Shown here piece after piece: positions 30,401 to 38,035 of a stretch of DNA of 64,000 nt. Under the pieces are notes generated by a model that worked only from the letters and a program-made list of their open reading frames with translations, was not told the origin of the DNA and ran no database searches. The DNA is taken from sequence record PX853108.1, one strand, 5' to 3'. The stretch's first letter is position 1, and the number at the start of each line of letters is the position of its first letter. A program made the position numbers and the translations under genes. This DNA is from a phage.

Positions 30401-33400
30401 ACTTTCTACATTGCTGGTAGTGAGAATACTGATGTTGCTAACCAAGTATTGGCTACTAACTTAGATGACCGTATGCGTGTACCAATGAGCATCTATGCTC
30501 CTTCACAGGCAGGCGTTGCAGGTATTCCGTTTATGACCATCGGTACTGGTGATGGCATGATGATGCAGACCCTTTCTACTATGAAAGGTGCTCCGAAGAA
30601 TACCCTGAAAATCTTTGATGGTATGAACATTGGTATCAACGATATCACCGATGCAAGCCGTAAAGCTAATGAGGCTGTATATACTTCCTGGCAGGGTAAC
30701 CCTATCAAGAATGTTTATGATTCCTTTGCTAAGTTCATGAAGAATGTAGACTTCAGTAAACTGTCTGATGAAACCAAACAGGCTATCGCTAAGTCTGCTC
30801 TGGAGTATGACCAGCGTGAGGGTGCTACCGATGACCTGTTACGTGTTGGTGCTGAACAGATTGAACGTAACCTGCGTAACATTGCTTTGGGTGTAGATAT
30901 TCGTCACAAGGTAATGGACCAGGTACAGGTCACCGTTGACCAGATGGCTGCTGTTGGTGCTCCTTACGTGAACAACGGTAAAATCTCTCTGGAAGGTCTG
31001 ACTGTAGACCAGCAAGTAGCTAAGCTGAACGAACTGTTTGATGCTGAATTAAACAAACGTCGTGATGCAGTTCGTGCTGCTAAAGCAGAACCAGTGAAAG
31101 AAGTACCGGCTATGGAGAAGGTTGGTCGTGTACTGAAGTCTGGTGTACGTCTGTTGTCTAATACTGCCATTACTAAGCTGGCTAAAGAGATGTCTCCTGA
31201 ACAGCAAGCAGTATTGAAAGAAATACAGAAATCCCTCGCTGCTAAAGACTATAAGGTTGTTTACGGTACACCTGCTCAACTGGATGCTTATGCTATTGAG
31301 AAGAATATTACTCGCCCAGCACCGGAAGATATTGAAGCTGCTGAAGCTGGTAATGCATATGGCTGGACTAACTTTGAAGATAAGACCATCTACTTAGTTA
31401 CCCCTTCCTTAGAGACTCTGGTTCATGAATTGGTACATGCTACTACTTTTGAATCTGTACTGGCTCATTATGAGGGTACTCCTAATGAAGCAGTACAGAA
31501 TATTGAAGACCTGATGAACCAGTTCCTTACTCTGGATGTTAAGGATGAATCTCCGGCTGTACGTGAAGCGTATGCCGATGCACTGAATACCATTAATGGT
31601 CATTTGTCTAATGGCTTCATTGAACCCGCAATGGCTAAAGCTGCTGCATTGAACGAGTACATGGCTTGGGGTTTAACCAACCGTGAACTGATTAGCAAGC
31701 AGAAGAAAACTACTGCACTTAAAACTATGGTTCAGGCTGTATATGAAGCAATCAAACGTCTGGTATTTGGACGTAAGAAAGCTCCAGCTAATGCAGATGA
31801 TATGTTCTCTGGCTTACTGTTTAACTCTGCTGTAGTAATGCGTGGGCAAGCTCCTACTGCTGCTGTAGCTAAAGACACTACTCTGTTCCATAACAAAGCA
31901 TATGGTGACAATACTCGTCTGGAAGAGTTAGGTAAGACCTTTGATAAACTGATTACTGACTACATTGGTTCAGAACCAGTACAGCAAGTAATTCGTAAAG
32001 GTAAATTCTCTGATGCAGTAGTGAATGCAACTAAAGTAACCCGTGATGTTCAGGCTCATGGCTTCACCATGAATATGCAGGAACAACGCCTCTTCACTAA
32101 CATTGTTGCTGCATTGGCTACTGAGGCTGCTATTAACCCTGCTGCTCTTGCTCGTGCACAGGAATACTACACGCATGTTACTAAAAACCTGACTGTTGAA
32201 GCATTTATGGCTGACCCTGATAGTACTAACCCTGCTGACCGTTATTATGCACAGCAGAAGTTCGATACTATCATGGGTGCTAACAACATTGAGTTTGATG
32301 CACAAGGTCGTTCTTCCTTACTGCCTACCTTTGTTGGTCTGGCTATGGTAAGTGAAGAAGTACGTAAGGTTCTGGCTGATATTCCTGTTATGAAAGCAGA
32401 TAAGAAATCAGGCAATACTGTTGACGCAATGCTGACTAACATTGGTACTGCTGCAATGGCTAGCCTGAATGCTCGTGTAGCAGGTGATACTAAAGCCACT
32501 AACGTACAGGAAGGTATGGATGCACTGGCTCAGACAATCATGCAGACCAGTCTTAATGCAGAATCCTTCTATGATTCCGTTGCTACCCCTACTGGTAATG
32601 CTATCGACCGTGCTAACCAGTATCTGGTGGATTCTATTGATGTACTGTCTACCCGTGCTTTGGAAGGTGCTCGTGAAGTTGCAGCTAATACCAAGAACCC
32701 GTTGGTTAAAGGTGCTGCTCATGCTGCACAATTGGTAGCTGCTATTGCTACAGAGAAGAATGGTGCAATCGTAGCCGAAGGTGTTATGGCTGCAATGAAC
32801 CAGGGTAAAGTATGGCAACCCTTCCATGACCTGGTTAATGACATAATCGGACGTACTAAGAGCAATGCTTCTGTATACGATTTGATTAAAGCAGTTCGTG
32901 CACAGGTACAGGCTGACCGTCAACAGTTCCGTGAACACTTGCCTACCACTATCGCATCCAAGTTCAGCCGTAAGCTGACTAATGATGAGTGGAAAGCAAT
33001 GCATACAGGTATGGGTAAAACTGACTTAGCTGTTCTGCGTGACACTATGTCTCTGGATGAAATCCGTGACCTGCTGTCTGACCAAAAGATTGTTGACCGT
33101 GAGGTTAATAAACTGGAAGCAGATTTGCAGAAACAAGCAGGACGTAACTGGCCTCTGATTAGTCGTAAATCTAAGCAACTGGCTCAGTACATGATTAATG
33201 GTACGGTTGGTAATAACCTGTTGCGTAATGCTACTGCAATTTCTCGTTTACTGGGTGAACGTAAGACTACACGTTCTGTTGTAGATGTAGCTCAACTGGA
33301 TAAACTCATTACCCTGTATGCACTGGAAGCAATGAATAAAACTGACCGTGAGATGTTATCTTCACTGGCTCAGACAGAAATTGAAGGTATGGACTTTGCT

Positions 33401-35227
33401 ACTTCTTACCTGGTTGGTCAGCGTAAAGATGAAATGGCTAAAGCTAAGTCTGATAGTCGTGCAACCCTGAACCAGTACAAAGGGTATATTCCTGGTGAGA
33501 ACAAACAGGGTGTTAACCTGATTGTTGCTGAAGATAGTCAGTTTGCTGATTTGATTGAGAAATCCTATGTACGACTGGGTACTTATCAGGGTAGCTCTGC
33601 TAATCGTGGTCCAGCACGTAGTTACTACTTTGCACCGGTACAGGCACAGGCTCCATTCTCACAAGGTATCCTACAGAACGTTCGCAATACTGCTGGTGGC
33701 GTAGACCTTGGCACAGGCTTTACGATGGGAACCATGGTAGCTGGTCGTATTACTGACAAGCCTTCTGTAGACCGTATCACTAAAGCACTGGCTCGTGGTG
33801 AACGCGGTAATGAACCACTGCTGCCTGTATATGATGCCAATGGTAATGTGGTTGCTTACGAGCAATCCATTGACCCTAACATGCTGAAGCACATCGAAGG
33901 TGAGAACCATCTTGCTCGTGCAATTGGTGTATGGCGTGGTCGTCAGGTGGAAGAAGCTAAGGCTCAGCGTTTCAACGATATGCTGATTGAGAACCTGCAT
34001 AGCATGTACGAGAACGACATTAAGATGTCTGCTTCTAATAAGTCCCAGTACGTTAACCTTCTTGGTTCGAAACTGGACCCAGTAACTGCCGATGCTCTTA
34101 AACTGATGAACAGTGAAACTCGTCAGAAAGCAGAAAGTCTGTTTGGACCGGGTGAGTTGTGGGTACGTCGTGACATGCTCAACGATGCACTGGGTTATCG
34201 TGCAGCTTCTGTTGGTGATGCCTGGTCTGGTAATTCTCGTTGGTCCCCAGAAACACTAGATACCTTCAAGAAAGCTATGCTGGGTGTCTTTGGAAACCGT
34301 GCTTATAAGTACGTAATGGGTGGTGAGAATCTGGTTCAAAACTTAGTTAAAGAAGCCAAGACTCTGATTGTAGTTAAGTCAGTAGTCGTACCTGCTGTTA
34401 ACTTCCTGGCTAACCTTTACCAGATGGTTGCTCGTGGTGTACCTGTTAAGAACATTGCTAAGAGCATCCCACAGAAAACTGCTGAGATTAATCAGTATCT
34501 GAAATCTCGCCTGCGTCAGGTAGATGCAGAAGCAGAATTACGTGCAGCTACTAACCCTAACCAGATTCGTAAGCTGAAGGCTGAGATTCAGTCCATCACG
34601 GATAGCCATAAGCGTTTGAGTATCTGGCCTCTGTTAGAAGCTGGTGAGTTTTCTTCAATTGCAGATGCTGGTATTGGACGTGATGACATCCTGATTACTG
34701 AAGGTAAACTTCACGAATACATGGAAAAGCTGGCTGATAAGTTGCCTAAGTCTGTACGTAATGCTGGTCGTTATGCACTTATCACTAAGGATACTGCTCT
34801 CTTCCAGGGTATCCAGAAGACGGTTGAGTACTCTGACTTTATTGCTAAAGCAATCATCTATGATGAACTGACTCAGCGTAAAGGTAAGACCCGAGAAGAA
34901 GCACTCGGACGTGTAACGGAAGAGTTCATTAACTATGACCGTTTGCCTGGCCGTTTCCGTGGGTATATGGAAAGTGTTGGTCTGATGTGGTTCTACAACT
35001 TTAAGATTCGTTCTGCAAAAGTTGCAGTGTCCATGATTCGTAACAACCCAGTACATGCTGCTATGGCTATGTTGGCTCCAACTCCTACCATGTTTGGTAA
35101 CGTTGGTCTGCCTATTAAGGACAACATCTTTAGTATTGCTGCACAGGGCAACCTCGGTTACTCCTTCGGATTCGGTATGGGCTTACGTGCCCATACCCTG
35201 AACCCGTGGCTCAACCTCACTAACTAA
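24473..35227 (+). CDS. Virion-encapsidated RNA polymerase (N4 gp50-like giant vRNAP)
   Basis: ORF 24455-35227 begins at TTG; first ATG with RBS AGGAAA is 24473 (~3,584 aa). Central region has T7-like motif A (ADGVTNG, nt ~29423), motif B (RGIAKNPLTITIYG, nt ~29762) and motif C (IFDGMNIG, nt ~30611). Confidence 0.85.
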   Translation: MSTFDRLAGFADSITNAKQVDVSTATSRKQAAQGQSPFQLTPDNAYNLQTGRVGNLGIGAYEPGSLQADFTQASPLEIINKYGNEQGLQILNSRANAADAVRQDLSKQRTNAEAFGDILSGVGLGVANTLGGIAALGTGLVNDNAGASIASGLDWLNKGVHNLQSDALNARRNVVQNQNVISAQENEKLYKQDIAKGESELVASLSRIGRDAYDSVANTLSNGMAATDGIAEGVGSLFTGGPLIRGVSALGKVMVGGDKAVKGITLAAELGSRPARIAQSAGRVAAPAIAIGGMEAGGAYQQTANEIMEMPFSELAAKSPVYQQHIKDGLSPEEARRQTASETGITAAGLTAPVAALTGPLVSKFELNPLKVGSLAGAGSNMLRETVEEGIQSGTSQFAQNTAIKENVDASRDILKGVGEQTGLGALYGFGSAGVAQAPGATVKAAGAAVGPAVRTTLAGASLAGKALAKVASPITNILVQRGEEVAKRNEQASPVSDATVNAAAQEATAQAEQAQATVQEAVDAMDISPEEKAAATQYAADLTQVMKFDPVELEQASPTVREAVSGSTNRVEAIQKMADLVNTAEDPNVQMEAAIQMYDNIMSMDSFINRDPGALANLEQGSPAANIVDQFSGLMANVQNTPKVLRAFRAIHSMIQEQAEAGKLKATEEANQAQANNIAMAADMSPEVLDADSVNMVLKHASEGKITLGNRQRAALQSAAALLQGAREFDAKAEELGLRPQDIVSKQIKTDESRSNEGQYSALQHAKRIRSAYNSGNFDLASAYLDDFMKFAQHMQNKVGALNEHLISGNADKNKSVHYQALTPSREWVRSRTGLGVNPYDTKSVKFAQQVGLEAKTVADIANALATAYPELNVSHVKVTPLDSRLDKPAAQVVKEFRQGNLDAAQSQQTNEPVNQVDESPVTKQEPVTPTVQTKPSVSEAVKTEPTIKESKPQTAKEPENQSEKQDAVEQPTESERDAYVKENTISQETLNKYGDRRESPWLFADGTVVGSNGDHISLSDVFGHDGYRDMSLDTGAVRSTFYKGSEQPFVSLQLFDNQKLTAEQFNTVQSFVEANNALIQIGVDTSGLNTNNVEKEEVSLAQLKADYTVGGKPLSQMETVFPVYNNEKTSNQFLKAFSLPEEPKSRTIGSESPLTDVKKALSSAARFEAFTQKENNALTSDVIKRYQDLFDFGETLKTTLSDRLAKFLANKNVGKRFAEGTEANRWVGGKLLNIVEKDGDTFKFNDQLLETAVLAGLQWRLTATQNAAVKDMKDVAAITGVEASLLPEGILAEFENAQTLVEATNSLAQKIESYWGLNRNADAPLGYTKGIPMAMATEILSSLIEMGEVKESMLDVSEIDPESNKTVGLYTIEKLDDNDAINKFPTAIEEAVLLEPVEKLYLGDDIPSVAQTQLRNPAVKNTPEQKAALKAEQATEFRVHMPMVNFYEALGRDNILELMGAGALNPELLNVNTAKSLEGKNLSVSMAYDSLFGVINQIKEQENGLDTPIHYGYNMTRVGRMQMLGKNNPQSSKLVREAILPTFSTIDLSNENSQTFSDFQLGLAQALGIKVHKMSREVMSDELTKALEGKLKPAVDMMVEFDKSGHLPTDAVDILKTSLGNDKSFVALMALMEYARYLNSDDRANFNTPLYVEADGVTNGPINAMVLMTGGKFTPDWIKNTAKGGLFFGKAGKTMNEHHSHEDSVDLYEASTNGLQQALNELRSTYRNNVPVMNQMNHLQKLMDLFIKDFNLKEDGTLDLKRGIAKNPLTITIYGSGARGIAGKMVSAITDTIYERFSDVLQARAADPSISPAMAMFGKEAASEADAQAMLDTFLTSMEALTGNVPVMRKGELSIQQVEGALTGKLDPQKFTVSGNALKNLQENMLHLFVEPMRTGIRNTVGEGLMYSTENLQKATQIQSLVLQDMFQQAVQAKLAEKEKDPTWKKGDFLTQKELNEIQNSLAPLAPMIETGSQTFYIAGSENTDVANQVLATNLDDRMRVPMSIYAPSQAGVAGIPFMTIGTGDGMMMQTLSTMKGAPKNTLKIFDGMNIGINDITDASRKANEAVYTSWQGNPIKNVYDSFAKFMKNVDFSKLSDETKQAIAKSALEYDQREGATDDLLRVGAEQIERNLRNIALGVDIRHKVMDQVQVTVDQMAAVGAPYVNNGKISLEGLTVDQQVAKLNELFDAELNKRRDAVRAAKAEPVKEVPAMEKVGRVLKSGVRLLSNTAITKLAKEMSPEQQAVLKEIQKSLAAKDYKVVYGTPAQLDAYAIEKNITRPAPEDIEAAEAGNAYGWTNFEDKTIYLVTPSLETLVHELVHATTFESVLAHYEGTPNEAVQNIEDLMNQFLTLDVKDESPAVREAYADALNTINGHLSNGFIEPAMAKAAALNEYMAWGLTNRELISKQKKTTALKTMVQAVYEAIKRLVFGRKKAPANADDMFSGLLFNSAVVMRGQAPTAAVAKDTTLFHNKAYGDNTRLEELGKTFDKLITDYIGSEPVQQVIRKGKFSDAVVNATKVTRDVQAHGFTMNMQEQRLFTNIVAALATEAAINPAALARAQEYYTHVTKNLTVEAFMADPDSTNPADRYYAQQKFDTIMGANNIEFDAQGRSSLLPTFVGLAMVSEEVRKVLADIPVMKADKKSGNTVDAMLTNIGTAAMASLNARVAGDTKATNVQEGMDALAQTIMQTSLNAESFYDSVATPTGNAIDRANQYLVDSIDVLSTRALEGAREVAANTKNPLVKGAAHAAQLVAAIATEKNGAIVAEGVMAAMNQGKVWQPFHDLVNDIIGRTKSNASVYDLIKAVRAQVQADRQQFREHLPTTIASKFSRKLTNDEWKAMHTGMGKTDLAVLRDTMSLDEIRDLLSDQKIVDREVNKLEADLQKQAGRNWPLISRKSKQLAQYMINGTVGNNLLRNATAISRLLGERKTTRSVVDVAQLDKLITLYALEAMNKTDREMLSSLAQTEIEGMDFATSYLVGQRKDEMAKAKSDSRATLNQYKGYIPGENKQGVNLIVAEDSQFADLIEKSYVRLGTYQGSSANRGPARSYYFAPVQAQAPFSQGILQNVRNTAGGVDLGTGFTMGTMVAGRITDKPSVDRITKALARGERGNEPLLPVYDANGNVVAYEQSIDPNMLKHIEGENHLARAIGVWRGRQVEEAKAQRFNDMLIENLHSMYENDIKMSASNKSQYVNLLGSKLDPVTADALKLMNSETRQKAESLFGPGELWVRRDMLNDALGYRAASVGDAWSGNSRWSPETLDTFKKAMLGVFGNRAYKYVMGGENLVQNLVKEAKTLIVVKSVVVPAVNFLANLYQMVARGVPVKNIAKSIPQKTAEINQYLKSRLRQVDAEAELRAATNPNQIRKLKAEIQSITDSHKRLSIWPLLEAGEFSSIADAGIGRDDILITEGKLHEYMEKLADKLPKSVRNAGRYALITKDTALFQGIQKTVEYSDFIAKAIIYDELTQRKGKTREEALGRVTEEFINYDRLPGRFRGYMESVGLMWFYNFKIRSAKVAVSMIRNNPVHAAMAMLAPTPTMFGNVGLPIKDNIFSIAAQGNLGYSFGFGMGLRAHTLNPWLNLTN

Positions 35228-35233
35228 ATGAAA

Positions 35234-35255
35234 AAGCCCCTCTAATGAGGGGCTT
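35234..35255. terminator. Bidirectional intrinsic terminator at the plus/minus convergence point
   Basis: Stem AAGCCCCTC/GAGGGGCTT with TAAT loop, 7 nt after the vRNAP stop; the minus-strand side has a TTTTTCATTT tract. Confidence 0.6.
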
Positions 35256-35290
35256 CTGCTAGTACTCATACTTGATGTGCTGTAAAGGAT

Positions 35291-35524
35291 TTAATCACAT
35301 TTTTTCCACATCTTAGGCTTACGCCCTTCACTTGGAAATTTACCAGTCTCTTTAATCTTCCGTAGCATTTCCTCTGATGGGAACCACAGGAATGAGAAGT
35401 AAAGTTTCTTAGCTACGTAACGAGTTACTCCTAGTTTCTCTGCGATTTCATCAAATGAATATGTACGAACAGTATTGTTGAGAATGGCTTCACGAACAAC
35501 AGAGGTAATAGATACTTGTGTCAT
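35291..35524 (-). CDS. Small DNA-binding (HTH-like) protein
   Basis: 77 aa; FDEIAEKLGVTRYVAKK resembles a helix-turn-helix; last gene of the minus-strand block. Confidence 0.4.
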   Translation of the reverse strand: MTQVSITSVVREAILNNTVRTYSFDEIAEKLGVTRYVAKKLYFSFLWFPSEEMLRKIKETGKFPSEGRKPKMWKKCD

Positions 35525-35545
35525 GCTATTTTCCTATAAATGAGA

Positions 35546-35566
35546 AAGCCCTCACTAGGAGGGCTT
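35546..35566. terminator. Second hairpin terminator (plus-strand oriented T-tract) inside the minus-strand block
   Basis: Stem AAGCCCTC/GAGGGCTT with 5-nt loop, followed on the plus strand by GTTTTGTTTTGG. Confidence 0.45.
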
Positions 35567-35647
35567 GTTTTGTTTTGGCTTCATGAGCCTTACTACTTTG
35601 TCGGGTAGTTCAGTACCTTTCGGTAAAAACTACCTTACACCTTTGAA

Positions 35648-36028
35648 TCAGATTGTACAACCACCACCGTCACAGGTATTGTTCTCTGCAAAGGAAGCCA
35701 GAGCCTTAGCAGTCTCTTCTTTCTCATGTAGTGCCTGACGTAGCAGGTAACCCTCTAATTCCCAAATCTTATTGAATGCATTTTCATATGCATACTGACG
35801 GCCCTTTTGCTCATCATAGATAGTCGGGTCTACACAGGCAGATACGCCTTCGACTTTGAATCCATTTTCCAGAATTATTACACAATAGGTTACCAGACCC
35901 AGGTTAGCCAAATCATCTGCCGGTAGTGCAGAGGGGTCAACGAATGCAGACTTCACTGCATCTGCACCATTAAAATAGTAGACGCTCTTAATCTTAGATT
36001 CGATTGCTTCTTTACTTACTGTTGCCAT
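35648..36028 (-). CDS. Hypothetical protein
   Basis: ORF 35648-36040 trimmed to the internal ATG (MATVSKE); C-terminal Cys-rich tail (CDGGGC). Confidence 0.4.
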   Translation of the reverse strand: MATVSKEAIESKIKSVYYFNGADAVKSAFVDPSALPADDLANLGLVTYCVIILENGFKVEGVSACVDPTIYDEQKGRQYAYENAFNKIWELEGYLLRQALHEKEETAKALASFAENNTCDGGGCTI

Positions 36029-36174
36029 TATTAGCCTCATAGAGTGGTTTGAGTTTGTACTTAAACATGACTGCGTTGTTATAGGCTACGCTACCTGCAA
36101 ATACCAAGTATTTATGTCCTCGATTATCCGTTACCTCATAGGCATACGGGGTAGAGATTAGGTCAATCATAACT

Positions 36175-36450
36175 TCAGCTTAGTGTTGTTGATTTAACAT
36201 AGGTTTCCCGGAATATATCCGGTTTACAAGGATATAACTCCCCATGTATGCCCTGGATAATATAGTCATTAGGTGAAGCAGTTAAGATACCCTCCAAGGT
36301 TCTAATACATAATTTACTATCATTCCCAGAGAACCAGACTACCCCATTACGAAGGGCATCTACTATCCAAGCTGGTTCTTTGTTCAGATTAAGACTTCCG
36401 TCCCATTGAAAAGCTTCAATCTCAACAGGTTTTTTACGATATTTAGCCAT
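36175..36450 (-). CDS. Hypothetical protein
   Basis: ORF 36175-36558 trimmed to ATG 36450 (MAKYRKKPVEIEAFQWDG), which has AGGAGA at 7 nt; the longer form would run through a terminator hairpin. Confidence 0.45.
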   Translation of the reverse strand: MAKYRKKPVEIEAFQWDGSLNLNKEPAWIVDALRNGVVWFSGNDSKLCIRTLEGILTASPNDYIIQGIHGELYPCKPDIFRETYVKSTTLS

Positions 36451-36467
36451 AGTATTTCTCCTACTTT

Positions 36468-36497
36468 CAAATAAAAAAGTCCCTCCGAAGAGGGACT
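36468..36497 (-). terminator. Intrinsic terminator (minus strand) downstream of the tRNA region
   Basis: Stem AGTCCCTC/GAGGGACT with CGAA loop; the minus strand reads the hairpin followed by TTTTTTATTT. Confidence 0.6.
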
Positions 36498-36754
36498 TAG
36501 TAGCTTTAACGCAGCTAACGAGGCTTGTATGAGTGCTAGGATTTGTAACTCCCAGCATATCCCCACCGTTTTAGCTGACGGCAAACAGAGATTGATAGTC
36601 TCAGAGGATACTTTACTCAGGCGAGTATTATAGTCTACTCATACTCACACTACCCTAACGGGTAGTATGTTTGCAATACCTAGAGTGCCGGACTGTCTCA
36701 CCGGCATTGTCTTTAGAGTGCAATGCAATCAGGACTATGTTCTCTATTAATGAG

Positions 36755-36828
36755 TACCCACTACTGGATTTGAACCAGTGACCTTCCGATTATTAGTCGG
36801 TTGCTTTCCCCGTCTAAGCTAAGTGGGC
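36755..36828 (-). tRNA. tRNA, hand-folded anticodon AAT (Ile?); no encoded CCA
   Basis: Minus-strand sequence GCCCACT-TA-GCTT-AGACGGGGA-AAGC-A-ACCGA-CTAATAA-TCGGA-AGGTC-ACTGG-TTCAAAT-CCAGT-AGTGGGT-A: 7-bp acceptor (G1-U72), D arm, T arm with TTCAAAT loop, 7-nt anticodon loop with U33 and A37. A34 is unusual. Confidence 0.7.
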
Positions 36829-36833
36829 ATAAA

Positions 36834-36909
36834 TGGTTACCCGGACAGGATTCGAACCTGTGTCCTAGTTGGTTTACTAGTGGGGCTTTACCACTAAGCC
36901 TACCGGGTA
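36834..36909 (-). tRNA. tRNA-like gene with encoded CCA but non-canonical anticodon arm
   Basis: Minus-strand TACCCGG-TA-GGCT-TAGTGGTAA-AGCC ... ACAGG-TTCGAAT-CCTGT-CCGGGTA-A-CCA: perfect acceptor, D and T arms; the anticodon region CCACTAGTAAACCAACTAGG folds only as a 5-bp stem with 6-nt loop or 4-bp stem with 8-nt loop. Confidence 0.6.
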
Positions 36910-37493
36910 TTAATGAGTGAGTCACGCCAGACTTTAACTGGCTCCTTCTTCGCAATCCTTACATACCCCTACATAATTATTGCGTTAAGCTTTTTTGTTT
37001 AAGTTTAAGTGAAGGCGTTCTTGCTGACTCATAATAGGTTGGGCGTTTGACGAATGACTAGTTCGTTACTACCCGTTTGCCATAAGTACCTGGCGACTTT
37101 GGTTTGAGGTGGGAGTCCGAGTCCTGTACAGCCTTACCGTTCACACATTGGCAGCGTATCTAGAATAGCACTTCCGGCAACTGGATTTAACTGTTACACC
37201 TCAAATCTGGTAGGGGCGTCCAGAAGTCTCATCTGGTACTTACGCCGTCGTATGGTTACGACTTACCCCCATAATCTTTCTAATTCAGAGTAGCACTGCT
37301 CCACGTTTGGCCTTTGAACTCCGGGATGGATTAGTGCAATGCTACTTTGAATTAGTTGTCAGGGATTCCACCTGGCTCCATCTGTTTTTATAGTCACTCA
37401 GATATCGTCTGGACTCTTTACTATGGGACTCACCGGCTACTTAGAGTAACTACGGTAAATATTATTCCACAGCTTACATTGATGTCGCATCCC

Positions 37494-37577
37494 ATCAAAG
37501 AGTACACTAGCACTGGGCCACGCATAAGTGGGCATCGGCCTTCCTCCCACAGCTAATCTACTAATGTACTCATTGAT
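37494..37577. repeat. Repeat unit A bounded by 17-bp imperfect terminal inverted repeats
   Basis: 5' end ATCAAAGAGTACACTAG and 3' end CTAATGTACTCATTGAT are reverse complements at 15 of 17 positions; followed by a GC hairpin at 37582-37608. Confidence 0.5.
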
Positions 37578-37749
37578 TGGCCCCCCGTTTCTAATACATG
37601 GACGGGGGAACTCCACGGTCGTTTGATAATCAGGACGACTCACTCCTGACTGACGCTTGGCTTATTAGGCTGCCATCAGAACAACATCATCGTTTGCATT
37701 TATGTTATTGGTTCGTTTCTAAAAAACCGCATAATCGCTTACGAAAACT

Positions 37750-37850
37750 ATCAAAGAGTACACTAAGCACAGGTAGCTATCCTGCCGTCTTCTCCACCTA
37801 CACCGGCTACAGTGTAAACCTCCGCACGTTAGCTTAATGTACTCATTGAT
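37750..37850. repeat. Repeat unit B, second copy of the TIR-bounded element
   Basis: 5' ATCAAAGAGTACACTAAG and 3' CTTAATGTACTCATTGAT (16 of 18 complementary); ends nearly identical to unit A, interior diverged but shares CTTC(C)TCC(C)AC. Confidence 0.5.
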
Positions 37851-38035
37851 AGGATGTCATAATAGGGGAGGGAGGACGAGTCCCTCTTTACCCTATGATT
37901 TAGTTTGCATGTAAGACCTAACAATTCGATGCTGTAGGTAGCTATGCTATCCGACATTTAACCCAGCCCATATAGGGGCTTATGTGATTAAAATGCTCAA
38001 CATTGAGCGGTTAGTTGATAAGGGATCTGAAGCCT

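Noticed and set aside
32408-33004. 198-aa minus-strand ORF within the vRNAP gene
   Set aside because: Same reasoning; antisense shadow ORF inside a gene supported by catalytic motifs.
36031-36170. Possible 47-aa minus-strand ORF between two hypothetical genes
   Set aside because: Weak RBS and below the ORF-track threshold; cannot be supported from sequence alone.
36761-36955. 64-aa minus-strand ORF across the tRNA region
   Set aside because: It is the translation of the two tRNA genes and their spacer; no RBS, and tRNA structure explains the sequence.
37356-37837. Three 66-79 aa ORFs inside the ORF-free region
   Set aside because: No ribosome-binding sites, mutually overlapping, and they span the TIR repeat units; the sequence is better explained as non-coding structure.
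37494-37850. CRISPR array interpretation of the repeat units
   Set aside because: Only two copies, ~100 bp apart with inverted rather than direct terminal repeats and no regular repeat-spacer periodicity.
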